Part shown: positions 40,065-50,782 of the stretch, one piece after another | Numbering within the stretch: position 1 is the first letter of the stretch | Layout: the number at the start of each line of letters is the position of its first letter | Source: Catajapyx aquilonaris | Taxonomy: Eukaryota | Direction of reading: 5' to 3' | Length of the DNA stretch: 63,431 nt | Assembly (NCBI GenBank): GCA_000934665.2 | Contig: KZ538537.1 | Location: 1-63,431, forward strand | Program-made: the position numbers and the translations under genes | Notes under the pieces: generated by a model | The model's database searches: none | Told to the model about the DNA's origin: nothing | Seen by the model: only the letters and a program-made list of their open reading frames with translations

Positions 40065-40373
40065 NNNNNNNNNNNNNNNNNNNNNNNNNNNNNNNNNNNN
40101 NNNNNNNNNNNNNNNNNNNNNNNNNNNNNNNNNNNNNNNNNNNNNNNNNNNNNNNNNNNNNNNNNNNNNNNNNNNNNNNNNNNNNNNNNNNNNNNNNNNN
40201 NNNNNNNNNNNNNNNNNNNNNNNNNNNNNNNNNNNNNNNNNNNNNNNNNNNNNNNNNNNNNNNNNNNNNNNNNNNNNNNNNNNNNNNNNNNNNNNNNNNN
40301 NNNNNNNNNNNNNNNNNNNNNNNNNNNNNNNNNNNNNNNNNNNNNNNNNNNNNNNNNNNNNNNNNNNNNNNNN
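40065..40373. other. Assembly gap (N run) between a poly-C tract and (GA)n
   Basis: 309 consecutive N bases. Confidence 0.99.
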
Positions 40374-43300
40374 GAGAGAGAGAGAGAGAGAGAGAGACGG
40401 GTAGGTTACCCTGCAGTCATAGCACATAGTGCGAGCTTCATATGCACGAGCAAATTTGGTGCGTTGCACAGGTATCCATGGAGACGATATCTCATGCGCC
40501 TCTTGGTTGCTTTCTATCGTCATAACTATTAATTTTAAATTATTCATCGTGGGTCTATGTGGCTTGTACCTCAAGTTTGTAATGCTGACCTCTATATTTA
40601 TCCCAGTTATCGGTGCACTTAGTTTGTGTCTAGCACAGGGTAGGCCACACAATACCCTTGAATGGTCAGTGTTGAAGGGAGATGGGATGCGTGGAAAGGG
40701 GGGGAATGAATATCGAGTGTTATTGGCACACATGTTGGTAACATAAGTGGGACAGAGGGGGGGTGTGTGGGAGGACACCATGGCGGTGGTAATGCGATTT
40801 TACGAATCGGCAAAGCTGAGCCTGTTTCCGCCACTTTCTGGCCTGGCTACATCAACCGTGACGCCTGGATTGTTCACCTTTAAATAGTGGAAGTGATAGT
40901 GGGTGTCATTCCGATCGAGGGCGCAAAAGTCTAATGGACGTGTGGGACCTAAAAAAACGCTTAGTGGGACATCAGTTTGTGTGCTGGACTGTTGAGGGAA
41001 AAAGCGAAATGCAAGAGTTCCGCAGCGGCAGATTGTAACTTCAGGGAATTATTTTGGGCGCCACAGAACCAGGTTGGAGAACCAAGGGCTGGATATTGCA
41101 TACTTGCATGCCTGACTCTGTGCCGTGTGATGCTGTTAGCTGTGTATTCATGGACTGTACAGCACTATGTCACCACATGACTCGGTCTCTCTTAGAATGT
41201 TTATGTCAACCCACTACACATAGTCGAGAGAGGCAATTCTGAGAGGAATTCACTTCAGCAATAAGTTTCTACACCTGGAATTAGAATTTGGAAGGGAGAG
41301 TACCGACGAAGGCTAACACACAAAATTGCAGCAGCCATAAGCCTATAATACAGGTTAAAATGCAGAATTTTCACCAAAAGTTTCTAAAGACGTAAATTTC
41401 AATATTTTACTATTAGTCTTGAGAATGCGTGTGGTGCTATCTTAAGTGATTCTCTACCCCAGTTAAACTCTTTCCACAAAGTACCCCCTAATTTGGTGAA
41501 AATTTGTGGCACCTCGTCCCCTCTCCCCTGGAAAGGACGATAATTTTCTGGTGACGGTCCAATGAGATCTTCAATTATTTTTATGGGTCTTGTCACCAGG
41601 AAGTGAGCTCCAACTTTTTTCCTATCAGCTAAAAGATATTCTTCACTGCAATACTTAAGTTCTTTCTTCTTGACGCTACTTGCGAATTATGATATTAAAC
41701 ATGGATTCTTGCAATATTTGCATAATGTGCTGGCTGAACACAGTAATTTTTTTATATGATATACAAAATGAGCTGGTATTATTCCTATGGTGTTTTATAC
41801 TAATTATACACCTGCATGTTGTACGTATCGTACAGCTTCAATATTAATTGGCAACTGCTTTATGGTCGTAATAATTTTAGTACCTAGCTACAATATTATC
41901 CACTAAAATTTTGCTTTAGCTACACACCTTGATATGAACGGATCCTGCGGCATATGTCAAAATTAATGATGCCGACTGTGCGTGAAAAAGTATATTGGTG
42001 AATGCAACCTCTGACAGGTTTAGCAGAATATACTGTGAATTCTGACACGCCTAGTGAGAATATTGGTGTCACAGCGGGTAATAATACTAAAACTGAAAAA
42101 AGCATTTAATGTTCAGGCTTACAGTATACCTCACACAATCAAAATACGTTGGGAAACGCTTTTATGCGCACAAAACCACGTTCACTGTACATCAAAGTTT
42201 CACTCTAACCAACCAATAACATTGTTTATGACACAAAACTAATGTTCATGTGCACTGTATCAGTATTACTACAGTTTCTTTAATGCAGATAAGAAAAGCC
42301 CTCCACAACACAGTGCTCCACCGAATGATGTGATACTGTATTCAGTGCTGCGTCGGAGCACAACAATAGTGGAATAATAAACTGGGAAATCAGTCTCGGC
42401 CCTGGGGCCATCATAAGACAGCATCAGATTACCAAATCACAAACTTGTATACGTTCAGAATGTCATATCAGAGCTGGGCACGTAACAAAATCGCCCGACA
42501 CAAGCAACCTACGTATCCGCCAGAGGCTCAACTTGCTCCACTCTCTTCGTAAGAACCAACAGAATGATATCTAGCAAGGAGTCAACTCAGTTGCGATAAC
42601 ACCACGAACCATTAATTCCGGCAGCAATAGCACACTCCCATTGGTCTCGGCAACGTTGGCGCAGACTACTTACAAAATGGCGTCAGACATCTTGTTTGTT
42701 TATTCGCCCAGGCTGAGATCCAGGCCGCATAAGCTACTGAGAGTAGGACATGAGGAAGGAGTGGAAAGGGCTCAGAAGAGACCCCCCTAAAAAAGGGCTG
42801 CAGCGTGAGGAGGGTCGCATTGTTAGTGAGGCAAGACTGAAGGAAAGATCCCGATGAGGCTGCGAGTCGAGTAGAAACGTGGAGAGGATATTCAATGGCG
42901 GATAAGACATCGGCTGTCGCGAAGGAACAAAGCTCTTTCCACGCTTCTTCTCCTTTTCTCCTCATCCCCACCCCCAGCCAACTTCATCGTCTCCCCACCC
43001 CTCAAACTTCCTTGTAATATTTAAGGGAGCTTCCTTCCAACTCCTGAAACAATGAACGAGAGGTGAAAGCAGAGGCTGCTATCCAGTAGTGTTGTGTTGT
43101 CCACATGACGTGATATTCTGCTCCAGGAGCCTAAATTCCATTAGGTTGCGGATTCAAGTGGCTCGACCTCATGCAAATTGTTTTCAACCTACGAAACATA
43201 TACCCTGATGTGTTTTGCCGACTTGGAGAGTTTGCAGCCACAGGGTTTGAGGTAGTCCTAACTGTAGGTAACCAATGTTGTTTAGCAAGGTGCGCCTAAA

Positions 43301-43762
43301 TTTCAATGTGCTGTTCCCTGTTCCGATAGTTTCGACACGATACTGTTCATATCCAGTTATATGCTCTGGCATCCAGCTCGAGCACCAGGTCAACGCTATA
43401 CAATTTCCCGACACCAAACCGGTCAGTATAGTATGTGCCTCGTTTAGGGCCTCCCTCTCCCCCCAAAAAAACCCCAACCCGGTTCACATCCCGTCAATGT
43501 GTGAAGTGTGACGCCAATCGGGTATATTAGGTTTGAACGTGCTGAAACGTGGTGGATAGATGTGACCACCACGGTGACAAAGGGTGTCGTTGTACTTGCT
43601 ACTAGCTGCCTCTGTCAGTGAATATAGGATCTAATAAGTGTACCACATTTTCGTATTTTTTTCTATCTGATAGGTGTTTCTTTTGTAAAAAATGAACATT
43701 GTTGGAAACTGCAAACATATACAATGTACGTCTGCATACTGGTTGCAAACATATGCAATGTA

Positions 43763-43909
43763 CTATGGGGTTCAAATTCTTTTGCCCACTTTATCCTGGT
43801 CTTGAAGCAACCCTTCGCACAGGCCCCACGTTGAGCTGGGTGTGTGCGTGTGTGTGAAGGGTTGCTTCAAGACCAGGATAAAGTGGCCAAAACAATTTGA
43901 GCCCCATAG
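43763..43909. mobile_element. MITE family A copy 2
   Basis: CTATGGGG...CCCCATAG inserted as aatgTA[element]TAcgtctgc. The neighbouring uninterrupted repeat unit reads aatgTAcgtctgc, which demonstrates a TA duplication. Confidence 0.93.
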
Positions 43910-43932
43910 TACGTCTGCAACGTCAATGTACG

Positions 43933-44186
43933 CATGGGCGTAGCCAGGGGGGGCAGGGAGGGGGGGGGCAACTGCCCCCCCCCCCCTAAATCTCAGGGAA
44001 GTGCAGAAAAACGGGGGGGNCCTGTAGAACAGTGCAAAATTGCACTGTTCTGTGGGTTCTTTTTCGTTTTGCCCCATTTGAGGTCGCGAGGAAGGGTTGT
44101 GACCTTGAACCGAAAAAATTTCCGCCAGCGGCGGGCCCTGCGCCCCCCCCCCCCCCCCCCGAACCTAAATCCTGGCTACGCCCATG
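43933..44186. mobile_element. hAT-type MITE with 16-bp TIR and 8-bp TSD
   Basis: TIR CATGGGCGTAGCCAGG / CCTGGCTACGCCCATG; TSD AATGTACG at 43925-43932 and 44187-44194. Confidence 0.93.
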
Positions 44187-45214
44187 AATGTACGTCTGCG
44201 TACTGGCTGCAAACATATACAATGTACGTACCGGTACCTTGCAGCTGAACACTGATTAATGTACAGGACATGAATTCCAAGAAAATTCCCGATAGGGAGA
44301 AGGAATGAAAATGTGATTGAATGAAGGCAACCTTTTCTGTTCCCTCCCTCCTTGAAGACGAAAAGCTTGTAAAGAAATTACTGCTTTCAATTTGAATGGA
44401 CCTTCGGTTCGGAAATGGAGCTATACCACAAAAGGGAAGGCAATTTCAGGCTTGAAACTGGGCTTCATTTCCAGCCGTACAATGCCCGCTGCTTTTTTTT
44501 TTTGACGTCAATCGAATTGCATTTTGAGTCCATTTTGTGCCACCATGACGTGACGTCGACACTTGGTAGCACCACACTTATAGTTTGGGGGGGATGTCGA
44601 TACTATCGTTAGGAAAAGTGCAAAGATGACCTGGTATCGATCGTGCAACTTTCATTTTAAAATGTTCGCTGTTATATGACCAGTGGCCGAAGGCTCTTCA
44701 TGATTATTCACCGCTGCAAAGGGGACATGCATAATAATGAAAAACGCGTGCGGCTCTTAACCGCATTTGGACCCCCCAACCGCGCTTTTTCAACCAGGCT
44801 ATCCCGATGATGAAAAATGCCGATAGGGACTTGGGAAGGGGAGACTGGGGGGAAGGGGGGAAGAGGGAAGGGAAGGAGGAGGGAGATGTAAGTCAGTTTG
44901 GGTTCTCGGAATTTTGGGCCAAATGAAGCGGGAATGTCGTCCAGCTCAGCGAAAATCGGAGCTTTTGCCGAATAATTCCCTATCCCGGGTCAGGAGGAAA
45001 TAAATTTGGCGGAAAATTATGATCCAAGTTGCGCCAATGCCCTCACTTCTGACAGTAACTTATAGCTACTGATACTCGAAACAGGATTGGATATTAAGAT
45101 GGGTACACACGGGCACCAACTACGACAAAAATATGGAGAAACAATAGGCTGTGAGGTATGATCTCCCTTGGTCCAACAATACACATGTTAGCCTCCGTGT
45201 CTCATGACTAATAT

Positions 45215-45293
45215 TCGCGCCGAAGGCGCGCAAGTGGGGCGCAGCCCCGCGAGGGGGGTGTGGGGGGCGGAGCCCCCCGCCGAGCAAGGCGAG
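45215..45293. repeat. GC-rich triple mini-hairpin cassette flanked by a 10-bp direct repeat
   Basis: Hairpins CGCGCC-GAA-GGCGCG, GGGGC-GCA-GCCCC and GGGGGGC-GGA-GCCCCCC; TGACTAATAT at 45205-45214 and 45294-45303. Confidence 0.7.
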
Positions 45294-47598
45294 TGACTAA
45301 TATACAGCTCGTAGCCTATCCCAAAGTACGATACGTCATCCACCCACGCCATCTTCTGGCAAAACTGCCAACTCGCAACTAACGCCATCTATCGGATGCG
45401 TTTCGGGTTTATTTGATGTTTTTCGACGTATCTATGATCCTAGATAAGACTTTCGTGACTAGTTTAGCCTCTTCTTGACCCTCTTTCCAGCCACATAACC
45501 TTTTGTAACAGTCCCAAAGTCACAAGCCTTAATCCGGAGCCCAGGGGATATTATCCAGAAGCAAATTATTGCTTTCCTTGTCCGGTGGAAAAGCGTTTTG
45601 CTGCATTGCCATTCATGATTTATTTCTGGTTCGGGATTTGGAATGCAGAAGCGAATTGGGAGGAGGAGGAAAGGGGTGTACAGGGGGTGGATGGGAGGCC
45701 CTGTTCAGCGCTTAATTAATGGTCACCTGCCTACTAATTAACCCCGGTGACGGCATCTGGCACGGTATTTACGAGCATGACTGATGACGAATTTTGCAGC
45801 ACTCGGCATGCCATTGTGAGGGCCACTTCCCCCCTTCGCTCACCACCATTATCCCCCGCCTCCCGCTTCCTGCCCCCATGTTAACTATCTGGACGATACA
45901 AACCTGTTATTTTCGGCCCTTAATTCCGGGATACTCGATGAGTTGGGGAAAGGTGTGAGGATTCCCACTCAATCACGACCCAAAAGTACATTCTGTTCAC
46001 ACATCAGGTGCAATTTAGCTTAATAAGACTTACAATTCTTTAAAATAATAGCTTGATTTTAAAACACGATTGGTATAAGGATAAAACGTGCGATATTAAT
46101 ATTATTTATAACTGCTACTATCAGCATACGTCGCTAACGGAAAAATCGACGGCTATTATGCATCGTCCATAACAAAAAATTGTAACTTGCCTAACATCGC
46201 TTTTTCATCTTTTATATACAAAAAATGAGACTTACATGATAAACACTTCCCCATACATAAATCTTGGTAATGAAAACGCGAAAACCAGGTCGTAATTTTG
46301 GAGGCAGAAGGTGGTAAAAGGATCTTATCAATTTAATACCGCTCGAAATAGCGTCGCATGGAAACTATACTACAGGTTATATTGTTCTATGTCGTACTTT
46401 CAGAATTTTACAGGATAGCGTTTCAAAGATTGACACAGTCCGTTACCTGCTTTAATAGACTATACACTATGTGGAAGTACACAGCTGTTACATTACATAT
46501 CTGAATATGCAAACACTTCATGCTCTGTGGTCAGTTTTGATTGGCGGATCCTTAATCAAATGATGTTATAAGGAATTGCATTAACTTAAAAATTAATCAA
46601 ATATCATTGTCATAAAACTGGTTATAGACACCTTCACGTACAAGACTTTTCACCGCCATTTAAGCAACTCGAAAAAAATAGTTATTAAATGACCCAGAGG
46701 AAAAATTAACACGAGTTCTCACGTAACATAAGAGTTCCTGTATAGGAAAACTATGATTCAAATACAGTAATTATACATAATTACTGCATATGAATCATAT
46801 AGTTTTCACGCATGACCATTGGACGAATCATTGCTGACATATAGGCCTAACTTGGGGCTTGGTGGAGTTATTGCAAAATGGAATAGTGGGAGTAAAGTGA
46901 AGGGCGAAAATTATAGGACGTCCCGGTTATAAAAAATAAAGTTATAGGGTATACATTCACTCGGGCTAATGAAATTTATAGTCTTGAGTGTAATTTTTTG
47001 TTGTGTCAACTCTGTCGTGATAAATGAAATAGAGGTATCTTACTTACATCCCAGTTCGAAGCTTTTATTTGCAAGCAGGAGATTAATCTGTCGGATGAAA
47101 AAGGAATAAAGACGCAGGGGATGTGATATAGAATTCTTTGTCGCTATTTTTCTGCCCAAAGCTAAAAAATGGGGGAAAGGAACTGGATGAAAAATCGTTC
47201 TATATGGTTTCGCTTCTCAAACCGAACACTACGAACACACAAAAGGCGAGGGAAAATTAAAAAACACAATGCAGGCAAAGTACAGAAGCAACCAGATGAA
47301 TTCTCTCTTATTTGTGCCAATTTCATCCTCGTATATTTTTCTCTTAGTTTTTTCCCCTCTTCCATCTTTCCTATTGCCAGATCCGTTCACTCGAGCGAAT
47401 CATTTTTGAGCATGTGATGTTGCATTCCTATACTATACGAGCCTCCCATTTCTGCGCCCTTATTAAATTATTTCCTGATTCGGAAGGCAAAGGAAAGACG
47501 GATGGCATGCAGAAAATTGATCAAAATCTAGTGCAGAAGGTCTTGCTTCAGATTTTTCTGACCTTTCTCTATCTCTTTTTCTTTCTCCACTAGTACAC

Positions 47599-47782
47599 AG
47601 TCCTTTAAGCGAAAGAACGATATGACGTCACGTTCAGCCCAGCCTGATCCCGGCTCCTCACTCCTATCCTCCACTCCACTCCTATCATGTCCCTGAATCT
47701 CCCTGCAAGCATACCGTACTACTGCGCATGCTCAGAAAACACAGCTGGTATGACGTCCGATCGTTCTCTCGTTTGAAGGACT
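47599..47782. mobile_element. MITE with about 32-bp imperfect TIRs
   Basis: AGTCCTTTAAGCGAAAGAACGATATGACGTCA versus TGACGTCCGATCGTTCTCTCGTTTGAAGGACT; internal CTCC(A/T)-rich repeats. Confidence 0.7.
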
Positions 47783-47823
47783 TTACAGTATAGGGTACTG
47801 CTAGTCCGGGGTAGGGGCTAAGG

Positions 47824-48415
47824 ACAAGGCACAAAATGTATGGGCCAGTGGCCTTCCGTTAGATTTGCCTGAAAATGGGATATGTTGTAGCCCAGACCGT
47901 CCTGATCAATGTTGGATAGGGACATTTCGAGGTAGGATCTACAGGGAGCATGCTAATGACCTCCGAAGGTAATATGGGGAGTATAGTAACTACTCCCCAT
48001 ATTATATTAGCACGCTCCCTGTACGTCCTACCTCGAAATGTCCCTATCCAACATTGATCAGGACGATCTGGGCTACAACATATCCCATTTTCAGGCAAAT
48101 CGAACGGAAAACCAGAACATGTCACATAGTACCTTCGGAGGTCATTATCACGCTCCCTGTAGGTCCTACCTCGAAATGTCCCTATCTAACATTGATCAGG
48201 ACGATCTGGGCTACAACATATCCCATTTTCAGGCAAATCGAACGGAAAACCAGAACATGTCACATAGTACCTTCGGAGGTCATTATCACGCTCCCTGTAG
48301 GTCCTACCTCGAAATGTCCCTATCTAACATTGATCAGGACAGTCTGGGCTACAACATATCCAATTTTCATGCAAATCGAACGGAAGGCCACTGGCCCATA
48401 CATTTTGTGCCTTGT
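47824..48415. mobile_element. Fold-back element with about 145-bp arms and an internal 138-bp tandem array
   Basis: Termini ACAAGGCACAAAATGTATGGGCCAGTGGCCTTCCGTT and their reverse complement. Central palindrome at 47971-48003. Unit starts CACGCTCCCTGTA at 48011, 48149 and 48287. Confidence 0.9.
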
Positions 48416-49265
48416 ACTTTTATTGAAATAAAGATATTGATATTTTTATACTAAAATAACTAATTTCATTTTATTATTGTGTATTTTATCAGTTGCTTTT
48501 TTCTTTGGTTTTCCAAAAAATGAGGTCAGCCCGAGGGTCAGCCCCACCCTGGATAGGCCCACTGAGTACGTTGCCTATTGCCTATACATTATGTATGGCA
48601 GTGGATAAATGAGATAAGCACCTGGGATACATGGCGGGAGAGGATGAATGAAGTGACATAATTTGCCATCTATCAAAAGAATTAACGCGAATCCTCCAAA
48701 GGCGTAAATCAGGATCCGAGGGTAGGTAGGGTCGAGGTGGGAGATGGGAGGGAAATCGGCTTCCACTGGCTAAAATGCAAATTATGATTAATTAAGGGAG
48801 GGGGGCGGCCCGTCGAAGGAAGCAAGAGGTAATAGCCAAAATGCCGCCGACTTGACAAGTATTGTTAGGCGGGGCATTTTAGGGGGTTGTTCTGACGGGT
48901 TGAGACCGGTGTGGAATTTATGACCGCCTCTCTAGCTCTTCTATGGCTCTTTCTTTATATTTACTTTTTTTTCCTATTGATTCATGCAGCAACCAATTAC
49001 ATGGGACAGAACAGTAAACTTCCCACCTTGGAGGTGCAGCAAATAACATTGGGTGTGATTTGGTTTCTCGTTTAAAATTTATACACAAGGACATAATTAT
49101 TCCAGATGTCTCTACGTGAAGTGGGGGAAAGAGGGGGCTGGGAGGAGTCAGAAGGAGCCACAGCCAATCACAACCATTGGGACCTCCTGAAGCCAATCAA
49201 CGGCCTTTCTATCTCCTTAAAAGGCACTATTCTTTGCACTTACTATTAGTAATATTTTAACAAAT

Positions 49266-49488
49266 CGGTGGTGTAGTTAGCGCCGCTGCCTTCCACCTCT
49301 GAGGTCCCGAGTGCGATCCCCGGGTCGTACGGAGGATACTTATGTGGATAGAGTTTCGATGGGTTCTCTGCGTGTTCGCGTGGGTTTTTCTCGGGGTTCT
49401 CCCGTTTCCTCCCACAATCACAGCGCAGGAAATGATTCAAGACGGTTCACGAAAAGATGATTCCCAAGGAAGCCTATCACGGGGTATC

Positions 49489-49548
<60 letters not shown>

Positions 49549-49577
49549 TATCATTATTATCATTATTAAAATTTAAA
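49266..49577 (+). mobile_element. tRNA-derived SINE S3 with V-domain-like core, (ATT)n tail and 15-bp TSD
   Basis: TSD AATATTTTAACAAAT at 49251-49265 and 49578-49592. Head GGTGGTGTAGTTAG...GTGCGATCCCCGG. Core GAGTTT..GTTCTCTGCGTGTTCGCGTGGGTTTTTCTCGGGGTTCTCCCGTTTCCTCCCACA matches the V-SINE domain as I recall it. Confidence 0.88.
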
Positions 49578-50496
49578 AATATTTTAACAAATTGTCTAGT
49601 GTTAATCTGGCCACATGTACAAAACAAGCTCTTTAAAATAATTATAAAAAATGTGATAAATAAAATACTAGACCAAACTTGATCTTTTGGAGGAAATGGA
49701 CTGTACGCAGGAACTTTAACTAGGCATGCACTAACTGTGCAAGAAGGATGAGTGTTTCTTTCAGTGGTTCATGACATGCGGCGGTAGGAGGAGGATGGGT
49801 GATGGGGGGGGGGGGTCAGGTTAGAAGGGAGAACTGGGAAGCAAATTGGTTGAAGAGCTCCACGTGGGACACGGATTAGATGATCCTGTGGAGGAGATGC
49901 TGACGGTTGTCGCAGCCAACTCAAACACGGGCTGACTCAGCCTTAAGATGAGGCTGTCACTTATTTCCGACCATCTGATTTTCCTTTTATTTTAGAAAGA
50001 GAGGTTCATGAGGAGATGAGGAAGTAGGCGTGAGATGCTGCGACAGTGTGAAAGGATATATCCTGCTGCGGGGTATTTCTGTGGGGGTAATAGTAGGAAG
50101 GCGTATGTCAACACAATTTTAGAAGAGGGATTAATTGTCGAGGGCAAGACACGGACTGGACAAGTTTGACCCGAGGGCTTGAACCCATTTTTTTGCAGAC
50201 CAGAACGCTCCCCTTGCAGTAGTTAAAGAGGACATGTCATTCATCCTAATAATGTTTTAATAGCCCTTAAAGTAACTCCTAATACTTGAGTCGGCATTTT
50301 TCATACTGTACTATTAATGATAATACTGTTGTCGGATCACAAAAATAAATCAACTATTGGATTCATTATTGGAAAAGGTAAATCGTTGGATAATCTGTAA
50401 CAGGTCAAGATGCAACAAAATGCCCTACATGAACAAGACAGTCATCTTCTATTTAGGTCTTCATTTGACTCAATTTCAGAAAAGTTACCTGACTTT

Positions 50497-50782
50497 TTTT
50501 AGTGTACCACATGATAGGGCCCGATGCCCTCTTGGGGGGGGGGGGTGGAATACCACCATAGGGTGACTGAGAGGGGATGTGCAAAGTGCAAGTACAGTGT
50601 CGTTGCTTGGTCATTTTGTGAACCCTCTCGGGTGGATTAGTCTAGCGGAGATTCCACCCGAGACGAAGCCAGAGATGGCCCAACTCTGCACGAGATGAAG
50701 GGGGGAACCCCTGGCTGGGATCTAACCCGGGACCTTAACATCCGTGGGCGCATACGTTACCGCAGCGCCACTCCGTCTCCCC
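50497..50782 (-). mobile_element. tRNA-derived SINE S4 with short poly(A) tail and 10-bp TSD
   Basis: TSD ACCTGACTTT at 50487-50496 and 50783-50792. Minus-strand head GGGGAGACGGAGTGGCGCTGCGGTAA...GGTTAGATCCC (A and B boxes). Confidence 0.8.

Larger units (their letters stand above)
43710..44229 (+). repeat. About 34-bp minisatellite (TGCAAACATATACAATGTACGTCTGCATACTGGT) interrupted by two transposons
   Basis: Units start at 43710 and 43744, with further pieces at 43910-43932 and 44187-44229. Confidence 0.8.

Noticed and set aside
39954..40781. Longest ORFs in the track (192 and 244 aa)
   Set aside because: Artefacts of reading through the N gap and simple repeats.
42672..42971. Candidate upstream Side exon ending in a phase-1 GTAAGT donor
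   Set aside because: No signal-peptide-like segment, no clear acceptor, and no similarity to Side N-termini that I recognise.
48011..48400. Possible CRISPR-like array
   Set aside because: The units are contiguous and near-identical with no unique spacers, the context is eukaryotic, and there are no cas genes.
48038..48454. ORFs with a repeated 46-aa peptide
   Set aside because: They arise from the 138-bp tandem unit inside a fold-back element, are open in more than one frame, and show no protein motif.
49342..49627. Poly-Tyr and poly-Asn ORFs
   Set aside because: Translations of the (ATT)n SINE tail.
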